This document shows, piece after piece, positions 22,579 through 35,650 of a DNA stretch of 64,000 nt. Origin of the DNA: Carcharhinus longimanus (taxonomy: Eukaryota); the NCBI GenBank assembly GCA_030264375.1, contig JASCQW010000061.1, forward strand, positions 73,836,761 through 73,900,760. Direction: 5' to 3'. The translations under genes were made by a program, and so were the position numbers. The notes beneath the pieces are model-generated. The model did no database searches and was not told where the DNA came from. It saw nothing but the letters and a program-made list of their open reading frames with translations. Numbering within the stretch: position 1 is the first letter of the stretch; every line of letters begins with the position of its first letter.

Positions 22579-22599
22579 ATCGAACTGAAATGCTGTTTA

Positions 22600-22835
22600 C
22601 TTGTCGAGGTAAAAGATTCCATGGCACATGTTTAGAATAAGAACAGGGAATTCTATCGATATCCTGCAGAGTATTTGTTCCCCAACCACCACCACAGAAA
22701 CAGTTTCATGTTTGGGATTTTGCTGTGCAGAGGTTTGATTGTTGTGTTTCCCTACAATACCAAATCATTTGTATATAAAGTATTTAGGGATGCCTTGAAC
22801 ACATGTTAAGTTCTACATAAATGCAGTTCTTTTCT
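22600..22835 (+). mobile_element. Deu-domain SINE (SacSINE1-like), 3' half
   Basis: gtaaaagattccatggcac...gggattttgctgtgc...ataaatgcagttctttt. Confidence 0.65.
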
Positions 22836-23076
22836 CCTACCAATACTTGGCAAATCATTTTCTAATGTGACTGCAGATGAAACCCATAACTGCAGTGGTT
22901 CTGCTATATTCAAAACAAAAAGGCAAGAATGCTGTAGTGATGCTGCCTGCAGTTATTTTCCCAATTGTAGGTGGACCAACTGCACATCTTATCCATGCAA
23001 GAGAACACTGTGACTTCTCCAGATACTGCTTGTGCTCATTCAGAAATGTGCGTAATTGTTTTTCATGTTGAAAAAT

Positions 23077-23366
23077 GGGTGGTACAGTGGTTAGCACCGC
23101 TGCCTCACAGTGCCAGGGACCCTTGGGTTTGATTCCCGGCTTGGGGCATTGTGTTGTGCGGAGTCTGCACATTCTCCCCATGTCTGCATGGGTTTCCCCT
23201 GAGTGCTCCGATTTCCTCCCACAATCCGAAAGATGTGCTGGTTAGATAGATGCATTGGCCATGCTAAATTCTCCCTCAGTGTACCCAAACAGACAACTCG
23301 GGGAATTTTACAGTAACTTCATTGCAACGTTAATGTCGGCCTACTTGTGCCACTAATAAATAACTT
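23077..23366 (+). mobile_element. HE1-type V-SINE, type B tail
   Basis: Same head and V domain as type A, but ends ctaaattctccctcagtgtaccc...cagtaacttcattgcaacgttaatgtcggcctacttgtgccactaataaataac. Confidence 0.9.
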
Positions 23367-23814
23367 ACTGCAATTCTTGCTGTGCGTTCCGTCCTATAAT
23401 GAACGCAGAACAGACTGTACTAGATATGATTCAATTCTGCAGCATATGATGCAATGTCAACATTTTATCTTTTAACAGGGAATAAGGACACGTGCATTTG
23501 TCTGGTCTTTGAGGAATAAATAGTGATTGGAAATAATATGATCAATGCGATACCTTCCAAATATGCTCAGGTTTATATTTTTTCCTTGATATTCCAGGCC
23601 ATGATTATTGTGGTTTTCTAATTAATCTTCCACAGTCTTGCCACAGTTGTTTGGAGGAAATGTTTTTTTTAGCTGTACCAGGATTAAGATGGAGCATGTG
23701 AGAATATCAGATTTTCTTGTAATGTTGAAAACAAAAGCCATAAATGCTGGTCATATTCAGGTTAGGGAGCATCTGTGGAGACAACAGGCAAGTTAGAATT
23801 TCATCGCAGAGAAG

Positions 23815-24168
23815 ATGATGGCCTAGTGGTATTATCCTGAGACTATTAATCCAGAAACTCAGCTAATGTTCTGAGAATCCCGGTTCGAATCCCGCCACGG
23901 CTGCTGGTGGAATTTGAATCCAATAAAAAAAATCTGGAATTAAGAATCTACTAGTGACTGTGAAACCATTGTCAATTGTCGGAAAAACCCATCTGCTTCA
24001 CTAATGCTCTTTAGAGAAGGAAATCTACCGTCCTTACCCGGTCTCGCATACATGTGACTCCAGAGCCACAGCAATACAGTTGACTCTAAACTGTCCTCGG
24101 GCAACTAGGGATGGACAATAGATGCTGGCCAGCCAGCAACACCCATATCTCACAAATGAATTAAATAA
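23815..24168 (+). mobile_element. Full-length tRNA-derived SINE sharing its tail with a second LINE family
   Basis: A box tggcctagtgg, B box ggttcgaatccc, and tail gggcaactagggatggacaatagatgctggccagccagcaacacccatatctcacaaatgaattaaataaa. Confidence 0.85.
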
Positions 24169-24179
24169 ATGTCTTGAAT

Positions 24180-24376
24180 ATAAGCAAAGTACTGCAGATG
24201 CTGGAAAAACCTGACAGGTCTGGCAGCTTCTGTGGAAAAAGAAACAGTGCTTCAAATCCAACCTTACTTGGAACTCTGAAGAGTTATATTAGGTTGGATT
24301 TGGAGTGTTTAAACCTGTTTCTCTCTCCATGGATGCTGGCAGACCTGTGTTTTTCTAACATTTTCTGTTTTTGTTG
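24180..24376. mobile_element. Palindromic Penelope-derived element
   Basis: The left arm caggtctggcagcttctgtggaaaaagaaacag...caaatccaacct is complementary to the right arm aggttggatttg...ctgtttctctctccatggatgctggcagacctg. Confidence 0.7.
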
Positions 24377-24669
24377 CTGGTCTAGACCCTTCCGCAGAAC
24401 TAGAGGTTATTTAAAAATGTGCGCAAAACACAAAGATTAAAATCTCATGTGCACTGACATCTGTCAAATGCTCAATTGGAGAATAGGAGATGGTTAAATA
24501 GGAATAGTGATGTTCGTGTAATCTTGTTTTTGCTGGGATTGAGCATCTCTGTTGGAGTAGGTGAAAATAGCAGCGGCTGTTATGACTTCGAGAGATTCTA
24601 TATTGGCCACTAAAGTCATAGGTTTCATCTGCAGCTGCATCAGAAAATAATTTTCTGATTTCTGCCAGG

Positions 24670-24905
24670 AGAAAATTGCATTTATATAATGTCTTAGCGC
24701 CTTTCATGTGATCAGCACATTCCGAAACACTTTACACATAAATGATTAAGCTTTGTTTTGTAGGAAATGCAACAGCCTCTGCATAGTAAGATCACAACCT
24801 TGAAACTCTTCCTGGTGGTTGGGAAACAAATGTTCTGCACGACATTGATTCCCTAATCATATTCAGAAAAGGTGCCTTGGAATCTTTCTGCAGCAAATTG
24901 AGGCC
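24670..24905 (-). mobile_element. Deu-domain SINE, 3' half
   Basis: ttgcatttatata...gcgcctttca...tgtaggaaatgcaacagcc...ggtgccttggaatcttt is the reverse complement of the family tail and body. Confidence 0.6.
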
Positions 24906-24911
24906 TATCCT

Positions 24912-25130
24912 CTTATTTATTCTTTCATGAGATGTAAGCATTGCTGGCAAGGACAGTATTTGTTGCCCATCCCTAATTAACCTTGAGAAGGCAGCGGTGA
25001 ACCACCTTCTTGAACTGCTGCTAGTTCTGGAGCACAGTTCTTTAAAACTATAGCAGGGCTGTTGGAAGGATCCAGTATTTGCTGTATCCAGTGTCTTCAG
25101 CCGTTTCTTGATATCATGTGGAGTTAATGA
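24912..25130 (-). mobile_element. Internally deleted LINE (CR1 clade, second family) 3' end
   Basis: The minus strand gives LTPHDIKKRLKTLDTA joined to ...ttcaagaaggtggttcaccgctgccttctcaagg...attagggatgggcaacaaatactgtccttgccagcaatgct. Confidence 0.7.
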
Positions 25131-25857
25131 CCACAATTGTTTACGATTTACATAGATGATTTGGAGTTGGGGACCAAGTGTAGTGTGTCAAAATTCGCAG
25201 GTGACACTAATGATGCAGGACATCGCTTTCTGGCCAACTCCTGGATCAGGTCTTCCAGTGCTGCATCTGGGATGCAAACCTGGGAGTCTGCTTTCTGACA
25301 TTTTGTACCACCTCCACTCCTCTTGTCAGACTGGTTTTTCTTCTATAATGACTTCTGGTACGTGCTGCAGTCAAAATGCACCTCCCCTTTTAAGAGGTGT
25401 GGGCTGGCTTTAAGTGATTCAGGCCAGCTTTAAGTGATGCTAACCTCACATGAGTATGAACCCCACACTGAGACATGCAGTCACTCGATCGCATTCCAAG
25501 CCTTACTGTTTACTTTCAATGAGTGTAGATTAATCACAGCCTTCTAACCCACTTTCAAAACTGATATGTTTTCTGCCTGGAGACGTAAAGGGCAAAACTG
25601 GCATTCTAAACTGTAGAGTAGGGAGAAGAGGTTGAAAAAAGCACTTATTCGATCAAATATGTAAATACGTAGAATGGTGTAAAGTGGCAGGTAAAGGAAG
25701 ATTGGATAAATGTGCTATGAATGGTGCAAAAATAGCTGCAGTTGAACTTCATAGGGACCTACATCAGCACTGCACAAAGGTAAATAGAGCGCCTAAATTT
25801 GCTGCTAAATCTCTAGCATCTAATTCGGAAGACATTGTGTTACAATTACATCGTTCA

Positions 25858-26226
25858 GATTCTGAGGGGTCTTGACAGGGCAGATGCTGAAAGGATGTTC
25901 CCCTTATGGGAGAATCTAGAAACAGGAGGTACAGTTTCAAAATAAGGTGTCTCCCATTTAAAATGGGGATGAGGAGGAGATTTTCTCCTGAAGGGAGTTA
26001 ACATTTGGAATTCTCTTCCCCAGTGAGCAGTGGAAGCTGGGTCATTAAATATATGCAAGGCTTTGATTGAGAAGGTAGTCAAGAGTTTACGTGGGTGCTA
26101 GGAGAGTGAGGGTCGTGGTTTAGTAGAAAAGTGGAATTAAGACCACAAGATCGATCATGAGTTTGTTGAATGATGGAGCAGGCTTCAGGGGGGAATGGCT
26201 TACTCCTGCTCCTATTTCTTTTGTTC
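25858..26226 (+). mobile_element. CR1 3' end
   Basis: gaatctagaaacaggagg...tggaattctcttcccc...gaatggcttactcctgctcctatttcttttgttc, homologous to 14100-14433. Confidence 0.8.
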
Positions 26227-26289
26227 AGTAGTGGCCACCAGAGCACGAAGGAAATATTAGAGCTTGTTACAGCTTTGCGAACTTCCCTT

Positions 26290-27120
26290 TAATTTGGAAC
26301 ATGACAAATACAATTCCGTTATTTAAGAAATGTGAGAAATGGAAACCAGAATAATATGCACTTGTTCGTACTAACATCGGTTGTGAGCAAGTTATTGGAA
26401 TTTATAATTGAGAACAAAGTGACTTAATACGTGGATTAATTCTGAGTTGATCAAAGAGGGACAAAATGGATTTGTAAATCATTGATCATTTCTAGCAAAC
26501 TTAATTCACTTTTTTGAGGAAGAAACTCTTCTTTGCATTCATCTACAGGGTGTGGGCACTGCTGATGAAGTCAGCGTATGATCCCCTTCCCTTGTGTCCT
26601 TAAGAAGGTGATGGTGAGCTGCCTTCTTGAACCACTGCAGTCCCTGTGGTGTATGTACACCTACAGTTGGGGAGAAAATTCCACAATTTTGACCCATTGA
26701 CAGAAGGAATGGTGATATAGTCCAGTATGGCTTGAAGTGTACTTGCAGGTGGTAGTGTCTACTTATTCTTCTCTTTCTAGGTGGTAGAGGTCACAAATTT
26801 GGAGGTGCTGTCATATAAGTCTTGATGAATTGCTAAGGATGCACTCTGCATCAGTGATGGAAGGGGTAAATGTTTAAGATGGTGGTTAGGATCCTGGTGA
26901 AGTGGGTTACTTTGTCTTGGATGGTGTTGAGTTTTTTTGACTGTTGAAGCTACATTCATACAGGAAGTGGAAAGTATTCCTCACAATCTGACTTTTGCTT
27001 TAGAAATCATTGTCAGGCTTTTGAGAATCAAGAGATGAATCACTCGCACAGAATAGTAGATAGGGAAATGTCTTTGGATGTAGTTTAAATGAACTTCCAG
27101 AATGCACTCAGTAAGCCCAT
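26290..27120. mobile_element. Nested LINEs: + strand CR1 RT fragment split by a - strand LINE 3' end (about 26530-27050)
   Basis: On +, ...NLIHFFEEET stops at about 26527 and resumes IVDREMSLDVV*MNFQNA at about 27052, matching the CR1 motif TNL.EFFE.VT...DVVYMDF.KAFD. The insert carries the tail shared with 24912-25130. Confidence 0.7.
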
Positions 27121-30100
27121 GGAATTGTTTAACCACTGTATATGTTCATAACTTGGAAAATGCAATCAAAAATTATATATATCCAACTTCAACAGTAATA
27201 CATGGCCCACTCACCATCCTGCAGGCTCCTTTGGCCCCCACAAATTCCACTCATTGTCTCATCCAGATTTTTGGGGTGAGGTTAGATTAGTTTTGGTTAG
27301 AATCAATTTGTTTTAAATGGCAGAAATTTAGCAGCGTTTGGTTGAAATGGGTTTTACAGGTATTAAAGTAACACTTGGGAAAATGCAAGCATTTCTTTCT
27401 CTATTTCTGTCTCTCAAATCCCATTTAGCTGGGGGTCTTGTTAAGATGCTGAGAGGAGAGGTGCATGAAAGTTAATGAAACTATTGATTGAACTAATATT
27501 ACTTTGTCAATGGCAATAAAAGAGATGAAATAAAGTCAAAAAACCTAGCACTTGATAAAGATGAGTTGGCATTTCACTTCCTTGTTTGCATATGGAGTTA
27601 AGAGTCTGCTCTAAAGTCATCCATGGATGACATTACTTGTATAAGCTGGCCATGGTTAAATATTACTGCAGGTGTGGAGACCCTGACATTCGCATGAAAA
27701 ATGGGTCCCAAGCTTGTACTTGCTGGCAGTGGGATCAGCTTGCCAATTTTACCATACATGGGCACATACTTGATTGCCTGCAGGCCCACTGCCCAACTAA
27801 GGGTGGTGAGTGGACTTCTGATGCTGTCAGTCCAATCATACGACAGGCAGCTCTGAGAGGAAAGCTGGTAACTGCTGAAGCACGTAGGGACTTTCCAACC
27901 TCAGAGACTTCCGGTTTAAAAGAAAACTGAAATTCCTCGAGAAGGAACATGGGCTACCTCCCCTGCCAGTGGCTCCCTCTTTGGGCCACCAGGCAGCCAT
28001 TCCACATCAGGTTCTGCTGCAGGGGAAATGTTCCGTGCTATTTTATCGGCCGCCTCCATGCGAGGGCTGGTAAAGTTTTGCTCTACATGGCTAAATCTCA
28101 ATCCCCAACAATGGCATTCATGAATCAGGTGTTGGCAGAGATGAATGCAACACTCTTGCAAACATGTACAGGCTTAGCCACCATATACTAATGCNNNNNN
28201 NNNNAGCATGCAGAAAGTCCATCAGTGAACATTTGAATTAAATCTGCAATTTAGGCTCATAGTTAATTGTTCACCAATGCAGTCCCATTTAGTTACAATA
28301 CATAATTGTTCTAATTCTGGAATTTTAACAAAAACTGAGGTTAGAGAGTACAGGCACACATTTTGGAATAAATGTACAATTCCTTTGTGCCTTTTACAGT
28401 GCCTATTTGGGTCATTTGAAATGAAGAATTTGCAGTGTTGGCCTGTCTGACTTCCTACTGAGCATTCTGTACTGGAAAAACCATGCAGCACCTGTTCCTC
28501 AGCTGGGTCTTATTGCCTGGTATTCTTACTTGAGGTGTTTGTTGTCATTCTGGTTGTGAGTCAGAAGCAATGAACTGATTAATTATGCCGTGTCTTTTCT
28601 CTGCATCTGTCATCAGTGAAGCAGAATACCCTGTCCGGATTCCATAATGATCTTTGCAAATTTCAGTCGGACTGTCAGTTGGGCCGATATGAATTGCTTG
28701 CCTTTATCGTTAGCAAGGGACACAAGTCAGATCTGGTCCTCGGGTGACTTTAAGGAAGCAGAATCCTGAGTGAGCCTGGCACGGTGCTCTCATTATCCAT
28801 TTTATGGATGATAGCACTATTGCTTGGTCTTGCATATAGGATGGTTGAGGAAACGGATTTGAGAGCAAGCTAAGAGTGCAAACTATGGCTATATCTATTC
28901 CCTGCAACTTAGTAGAAGCTGTTGAGGTGCTGAGTGGCATGTTATTAACACTGAAGTCATATTATTTTCATTTGAATAAACTAGCATCAACTTTTTAATT
29001 TAAATCAAATATCTGACATACAGAAGAGTCCAATTATTGAACAGTCATTGTCTCAACATGATTGCTACAGGGTCAAGAAATTGTGGTTAACATATTTGCA
29101 TAAAAGTCATTGTGCATTGCAAAATTGGAAATTGTGTGTGTGTATATTTGTACATGCTGAAGCTTAAACTTGTTGATGTGTTTAGTATTTTGTATTGCAC
29201 CCAGATGTGAGAGTAATCTGAATGTAGTTTTAGTCATTTTTAATGGTTTCAATTAAAATTCTTATCAATTTGGCAATTAGAGCCAGATATTGTGACCCCT
29301 GTAAAACTGTAATTAATAATGCCAAAATCACATCACTAGTTCAATACAAGTCCCCTTAGAAAAAAAATTGTAGCTTTCCATCACAAAACACGTCAGTTGA
29401 ATGCAGTTTGTGAAATGCAGATCATCTCAATTGTTATCATCCTATTATGCTCATCAAAGCTCCCTCTGAATATATCAGTTTTCACTTCCTCTTCAAATTA
29501 ATGACAATGTAAGATCTACAAGGGGGCTAATGTGAAATAATAATTGTATTAGGACAGATAAATGTAGAATGGGTAGCAGAATGAAAAAAAGATTTACATT
29601 AGCCATTTCATTAATCTGTCCCTCTACTGTTTTTCTTTATCCCACATGGCTACAAGATGGTCATTTCACCAATTCCAGGCAAACTCTTAGTCTAGGCTGC
29701 TTGCTGATTGAAATTCAGTGCATACCCTATAATCGCTGTCTCTTCCTTCGATGCATTTGAAGATTACATTTGATGCTGCCTGATATTAATAACCAGATGT
29801 GATTTTTTTTTTCCTACCTGGAGGTCACGCTCGCTGGACAGGTCACACCACTTGTCTATTTGTACGAACTATAAAATCTGTTTCAAATGACAGACATTAA
29901 AAGGAGCATGGGGCATTAAGCACCCCACCCTGCCTCTCCCAGACCACGGAGGAAACCTTCCTGCTGGGAACAAAGGACTGCAGTAGCTGCTGTAATTTTC
30001 TGAGCTTTAAAACAGGTTAACGATAGTAGGGAGGGTGTTCTGTTAACTTCAGTGGCCAGAAGGTCAACCATGGGGTTTTTAATTCAGCGTTAATCTCTGT

Positions 30101-30153
30101 AACCATAAAGGAAATGAGCACATTGTGTGAGTGACAAGAAAACTGAAACAATA

Positions 30154-30782
30154 GGCAGGATTTTAAGCCCCGACAGGACTATGAACAGAGGTGGACAGAA
30201 GCTAAAAGTATCCGGAATAAAAGTTGGCCAGAATGCCAGTTCCCTGTTGCCATCCAGTTTCTGGGCCATTTTCACAAGGCTGTGATGGGGATCAGCAGGA
30301 ATACCCTTCTAGGATTTTCCAATCAGCCTTCAGATTCCTCCAGGTCGTGTATGTGGAGATGGCTTCATGACTGCAAGCCAGGGTGTCAGCTGTCCAAGCA
30401 AGCCTAGAGTATCTCCCTGCCAGGGTAGCCCATTGCCCTGTTGGAGAGGGGCTTCCCTTCAGAAGTGGTGGTTTGACTTCTAAAGCTTTATGTAATTCAA
30501 TTTTTAAGAATCTGGAGATCGGTGCCTCCATTTTGAAACACCTTTTCCCTCACCTTACCTTCTACTGTAGCCTGGTGCACCTTACAAAGCTACAAGGCCT
30601 CTAGCCATTCGGCTCCAACAGCCTGTTTACCATCCTTAATTGAATGTCAAGTCATCTCCTGGATAATTGAGAGGACTTCCCTGTGAAAATAGAGGCTGGT
30701 GACTGCTCCCTCCCATGGGTTGGTTCAGAACCCGGCAATAGTTTTGACCTCTGACTACCACCCCAGAGGGAAAAGCCTGTCC
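30154..30782. mobile_element. GC-rich non-autonomous TIR element (MITE-like), decayed
   Basis: Left ggcaggatttt versus right aaaagcctgtcc. The interior is GC-rich and related in style to 34850-35650 and 53331-53937. Confidence 0.45.
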
Positions 30783-31711
30783 AGCGTCAGGATAGATCTG
30801 CCTTTTTGCTTTTTACATACTGACCATGACTTTACAGTATAAAACCCACAATGCTATGCAATGTCCAAATTAACATTGCCCCAGTGGACTTACTGGTATC
30901 CTTCTAAATAGGCCATTCTTAATTGCATTTTTTTCCTCTGACTAAGATTTGATGGTTGCTTCTAAATAATTCTTTTTTACCTTGTGCATGAACAATGTCA
31001 ACATAGCAAAAGTATTGATAGTCAACAAAAATAAATCCATTCTTTGTACTTGGTACTTTGTCAACACTATTAATAAACTTTGCTCATGAAGTTTTCAAAT
31101 CATTAACGATTCTTCAAACAGTTGCAAAGTTGATTGCAGAACTTGCTGCATCTTTTGTACTGTCCATTACACATAAATATTATATAAGACCAGAAGGAAA
31201 GGCATAATAATGTACCCTAATTGATTCTGAACTTTAGTTTTTTTTTTGAGTAGGCAAGTAGTGACTGTGACATTTGATCCCAGACCAAGGCACCCATTTA
31301 ACCTTATTGTTTGTATCAGTCAGGATTTCAACTGCAAGTTACTTCCCTCCCTCGGGTTCAGTAGGATTAGATTGTCTGCAGTAATCCCTAATGCTATGAA
31401 ATGGACCTGAAAGAACTGTCTGCTTGGGATAATCTTGATGAATTTCAGTTTATGTAGATTAGTTAACTCTTCTCACCCTGTGTCGAGCATTATCAATAGG
31501 TTGAAACTGTTAAGCCACTCTTGCTAAGGTATACCACAATCTCAGTTTAAGAGGTTCAAAGTGGAATGCAATGTGGGATGTTGTGCTGAGATGTTATTAG
31601 ATTATCCAGGGAAGGTGATTAAGAAGTAGTTTGAATAGCTGTAGTCAAACAAGATCAATATGTCATTCGCCCCACAAGTATAAAGGAAGAAACTTCCCTT
31701 ATATTATATGT

Positions 31712-31960
31712 AGGGACCCTGGTTCGATTCCCAGATTGAGTCACTGTCTGTGGGATGTCTGTACATCCTCCCTGTGTCTGCATGAGTTTCCTCGGGTGCT
31801 TTGGTTTCCTCCCACAGTCCAAAAGATGTGCTGGTTAAATGCATTGGCCATGCTAAATTCTCCGTCAGTGCACCCAAACAGATGCCAGTAGGGGATTTCC
31901 ACAGTAACTTCATTGCAGTATTAATGTAAGCCTACTTGTCACACTAATAAATAAACTTTA
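31712..31960 (+). mobile_element. HE1-type V-SINE, type B tail, 5'-truncated
   Basis: agggaccctggttcgattccc...V domain...taggggatttccacagtaacttcattgcagtattaatgtaagcctacttgtcacactaataaataaacttt. Confidence 0.9.
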
Positions 31961-34849
31961 AGTTTTTATCTGGTTAAAGCCACTGTTGATTTTTGCATTT
32001 TCTTTGAATGGAATCAAAGAAAACGAAATACTCTAATCTTCAAAGTGGGCACGAGTAAGTTGAGTGAACCTTGGTATGCAATCTCACTTCCAAACCATTG
32101 TAATGATGATAACGCCAATATATAGTAGTCCAAAAAAGAGTTCTGGACATGCCAATCACACTGAGCCGACATGAATGTTGCTTCACAAAGGAGTTTCTGT
32201 GTTTCTGCTTCCCTTAATGTTCTTTGAGTCATTAAGAACAGGCAAATGCTGGATATGGTTACCCTACTCATACCAACTCTATGATATTATACTCTAAACA
32301 GGATTGCATTTGAAAGTTTTTAGTGTGATATAATTATTTATTATAAGTCTCATCATTCATTGTTACATGAAATTCATCCAAATCTATTACTTGCAAAAAT
32401 ATTCAAGTTACCAGCAAATGCTGCTTAAACAAAATGTATGGTAATAATGTAGATTTTTTTTGTAAATCTTTAACATTACTGTCTATGGGCACCAGAGAAG
32501 AAAAAACAATCGTGTTACGTAGAAAATAAATATTTGGTATATGTATCGACAACTTCTGGGCAGAAACATTCCAGCTTCCAAATGTGAATTCCAGATTTTG
32601 AGAAATCAAATATGGACTTGTAGCATTCAAAGGTAAAGAAGTAGCTAGCTGTTTTGAATGAGCTTAAATTTCATCTAACGTAATTGTGAGTATAAAATCG
32701 AAAACAGGGATAGTTTATTTTCTTTTGCAATCATTTGAAATTTGTTGGGTTAGGTGCATTCCCCAATCAAACATTCCTTTATTTATATGTATGTGAAGTT
32801 GTGCCTGTGGATCCTAGCTAATGATTTTTCTTTTGTACAGTGTAATTCACATGGACATTTGATAGGCAGTTGATTAGTCTGGAATGATATCTTTAAAATG
32901 AAAATTAATTGCAATTTGTGCAGCCTTCATTAGTCTGCTTTTATAATTGCATATGTGAGACTGCATGACTAGGTTTGACTGGAATTGCTTAAGAACTGTT
33001 TTGTCCCTTCAATATATATGGGTTACTGTCGACATTTAAGAGGTGTTCGCCTTAGAAAAAAATATGTGATGAAGAATCTTCTTGTTGCTTTAAAAGTAAA
33101 GGTAATTGTTGTTATAGAGATCTTGATAATACTCCTGAAAAATAAACATATTATACTCTTATATTCTGTTTATTTTTCCCTCCAAATGCTTTGAATCAAT
33201 AAAACATTTTTGTGCCTTGTTATTTTGGGTGAGACAACACAAAAGCCAAATTACTGAATGGTTATGTAGGTGCTTTTTTCTGTTGCTAAATAAGAAACTT
33301 TCGGTAACTGTGGATGTTGCAGGAGAATAAAAATACGTAGAGGAGTTGCAATTATTTTAAAATCCAGTCACACCTCACTACTTAAAGACAAATTGGGAGG
33401 CCAGCCAATGCTATCAATAATGATCGAGAGCAGGCTTTTCAAAATAGTCACCCACCATTTTGTTCGTCATTGCAAACTGTATCGCAACAGTCTGTAAAAT
33501 TACTCAACTATTAATTTATGATACCAAAACCCAGGCCACTTCCATACTAAATTTTCCAAATAGGATAATAGAATATCTCAGACATCTTATTGGAAGTAGT
33601 CTTGCCAACTCCAGCAGAAGCGGGGGCTGGGTGAGGCAGCAACTGGGAAGAAATCAACTCAAAGATTATTGAGTTTCTTGATCACAAACATGAACAGATT
33701 CAAGAATATTAGTGTTATTCTAGGCTTGGGAATTTGTTTGAAAGTATAGCTGCTTATTTGTAGAAGAAACTGGCTTCTTGGCCACAGTATACTTTAGTTA
33801 ATGTTGGAGGAAAATGTGTTTAGGCAACAGATTTTTAAATCACTGTAATATAAATATGCTTCTCTTTTCATCCTGAATTTGCTTTATTTCAAGGTAATTT
33901 ACTGCAGCAGACATGCACTTATGTCTGTCTTTGTAATTTTAGGGATTAGGATAGCGAGGATTAAATGCTGTCGCTTAATCTTCAATATCAACTTTTAAGA
34001 GTGAAATGTAATATGCAAATGGAATACATCATTTTGTGTTTACATATTTTTAATCTCAGTAATTTAGTTCTAAGAAGATGGGAACTCATCTTTGCCTTAT
34101 TTATTTTGAATCTTAAAGCAAGATGCCATTAAAATCTTTATCCCTATGACTTAAAGGATAAATGTTTATCCATGGGGGATTAAAAAATATATTTTTTTGA
34201 AAAATGTTCTGAAAGGACACGTTGAATTTGCTGCTGTAGAACTTTATTGTGCATTGGGTTACAAAACCTTTTTTTTAAATTTTTTTGAAGTGGTTCTGGT
34301 TTCTGCAGAAATGATTTGAAGAAATTCTTTTGATCGGCAGTAAATCTGATGCTATATCATAGAAAAATTGAATTTAGCTCATTCTGAATTCGTCAGTGAT
34401 CTGGTGCTTTCGCAGTGGGGACAAGCCTGTTAAACTTCAACATTCATAGTGCTTTTTATTCTCCCAAGTGAAGTCTGTTGGTTCAGTAGAACTAGAACTG
34501 CAGGTCAGAATTACAATTTTTTTTAATGGAGGAGGAATTTGTTTGGAAAAGTCTATCCCTGGCTAATGACAAACAGATGTTATGAAAAGAGATGTGCAGT
34601 GATGAAGCAGAGCTTGAAGCACAGATATGAAAACAAAGTTATGGCTGAAATATATCTTCAGATTTATTATTTGCATATTAAAGAAGCTAACCATGGGTTC
34701 ATGTAAGATGTAAAGCATATATTTTATTTAATCATAGACAAATAGGTGCAAAACGTTGCTTAGCATCAGCCTACAGTGATACCTCAAACAACAATCATTC
34801 ACTCCTGAGATAGGGAAGTAGCAGATAGAGACAGAAGACTCCCACACAT

Positions 34850-35650
34850 GGGGGATTTTCCTGAACCATCTGCCACAGGCACAAATCCTGTTATGGCTGG
34901 AAACCTTCACCAGGGGCCTAGCGGGATTTGCTCTGGAGCTATCTCAGAATGAGATCTTCTCCCCCCACTACCACCACCTCCCCCCATGATGGTGTAGTCA
35001 GGTTCATGCCCAGCAAGGATGTGAATCTGATTTGAATGAATTTAAATTAATTGACATGTAATTAAATGGCTTAACCCCATCTCTTCCAGGAATGTCCAAT
35101 TTTCTCAGTCACTGGAACTGACGTCACTCTGGTGGGAATCACTACTGCTCTGCAGCTGGGAGCATGGAGGCCAGTGTAGCTCCAGGGTAATCATGGACAT
35201 GACTGGGCTGAGCCCTGACACTGTCCTCGGCATCCAGCCAGCAACTGGGCGGAGTGGGATGCTGGCATGGATGGGGGGCATGGTGGATCACCATGATGCC
35301 TGCATGGTTTGGGGATGGGTGACCCCAACCTTCAGTGGCAGGGGGAGGTTGGCCTTCTGTAGTAGAGGGTTGGGAGTCTTGTCTTTGTTTATGAGTGGTC
35401 CCGATGTCCATGAGGGTGGGGTGCCTGCCTCTTCATTTTGAGGTTGGTACGTCCTTTAATCTCTGTGGAGCCAGCTTGCTAGCATCTTTAGGTTCATCAC
35501 TTGGATACGATGGCACAAAACATACCCTTCACTGCTTTTCCTTGTTAGAAGTGTCAGAAGATCTGGAGAGAAAATCTGCGTGTTTCTGAGAAACACACTG
35601 GCTCTCAGTCAGAACCTGACACTTTGCCTTTTTTTTGGAAAATTCCACCC
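34850..35650. mobile_element. GC-rich non-autonomous TIR element, decayed
   Basis: Left gggggattttcc versus reverse complement of the right end gggtggaattttcc. Confidence 0.45.

Noticed and set aside
23077-23150. tRNA-like sequences with A and B boxes (also at 23815, 46205, 49100, 56955)
   Set aside because: They are SINE heads followed by SINE bodies and do not form complete cloverleaves, so they are not tRNA genes.
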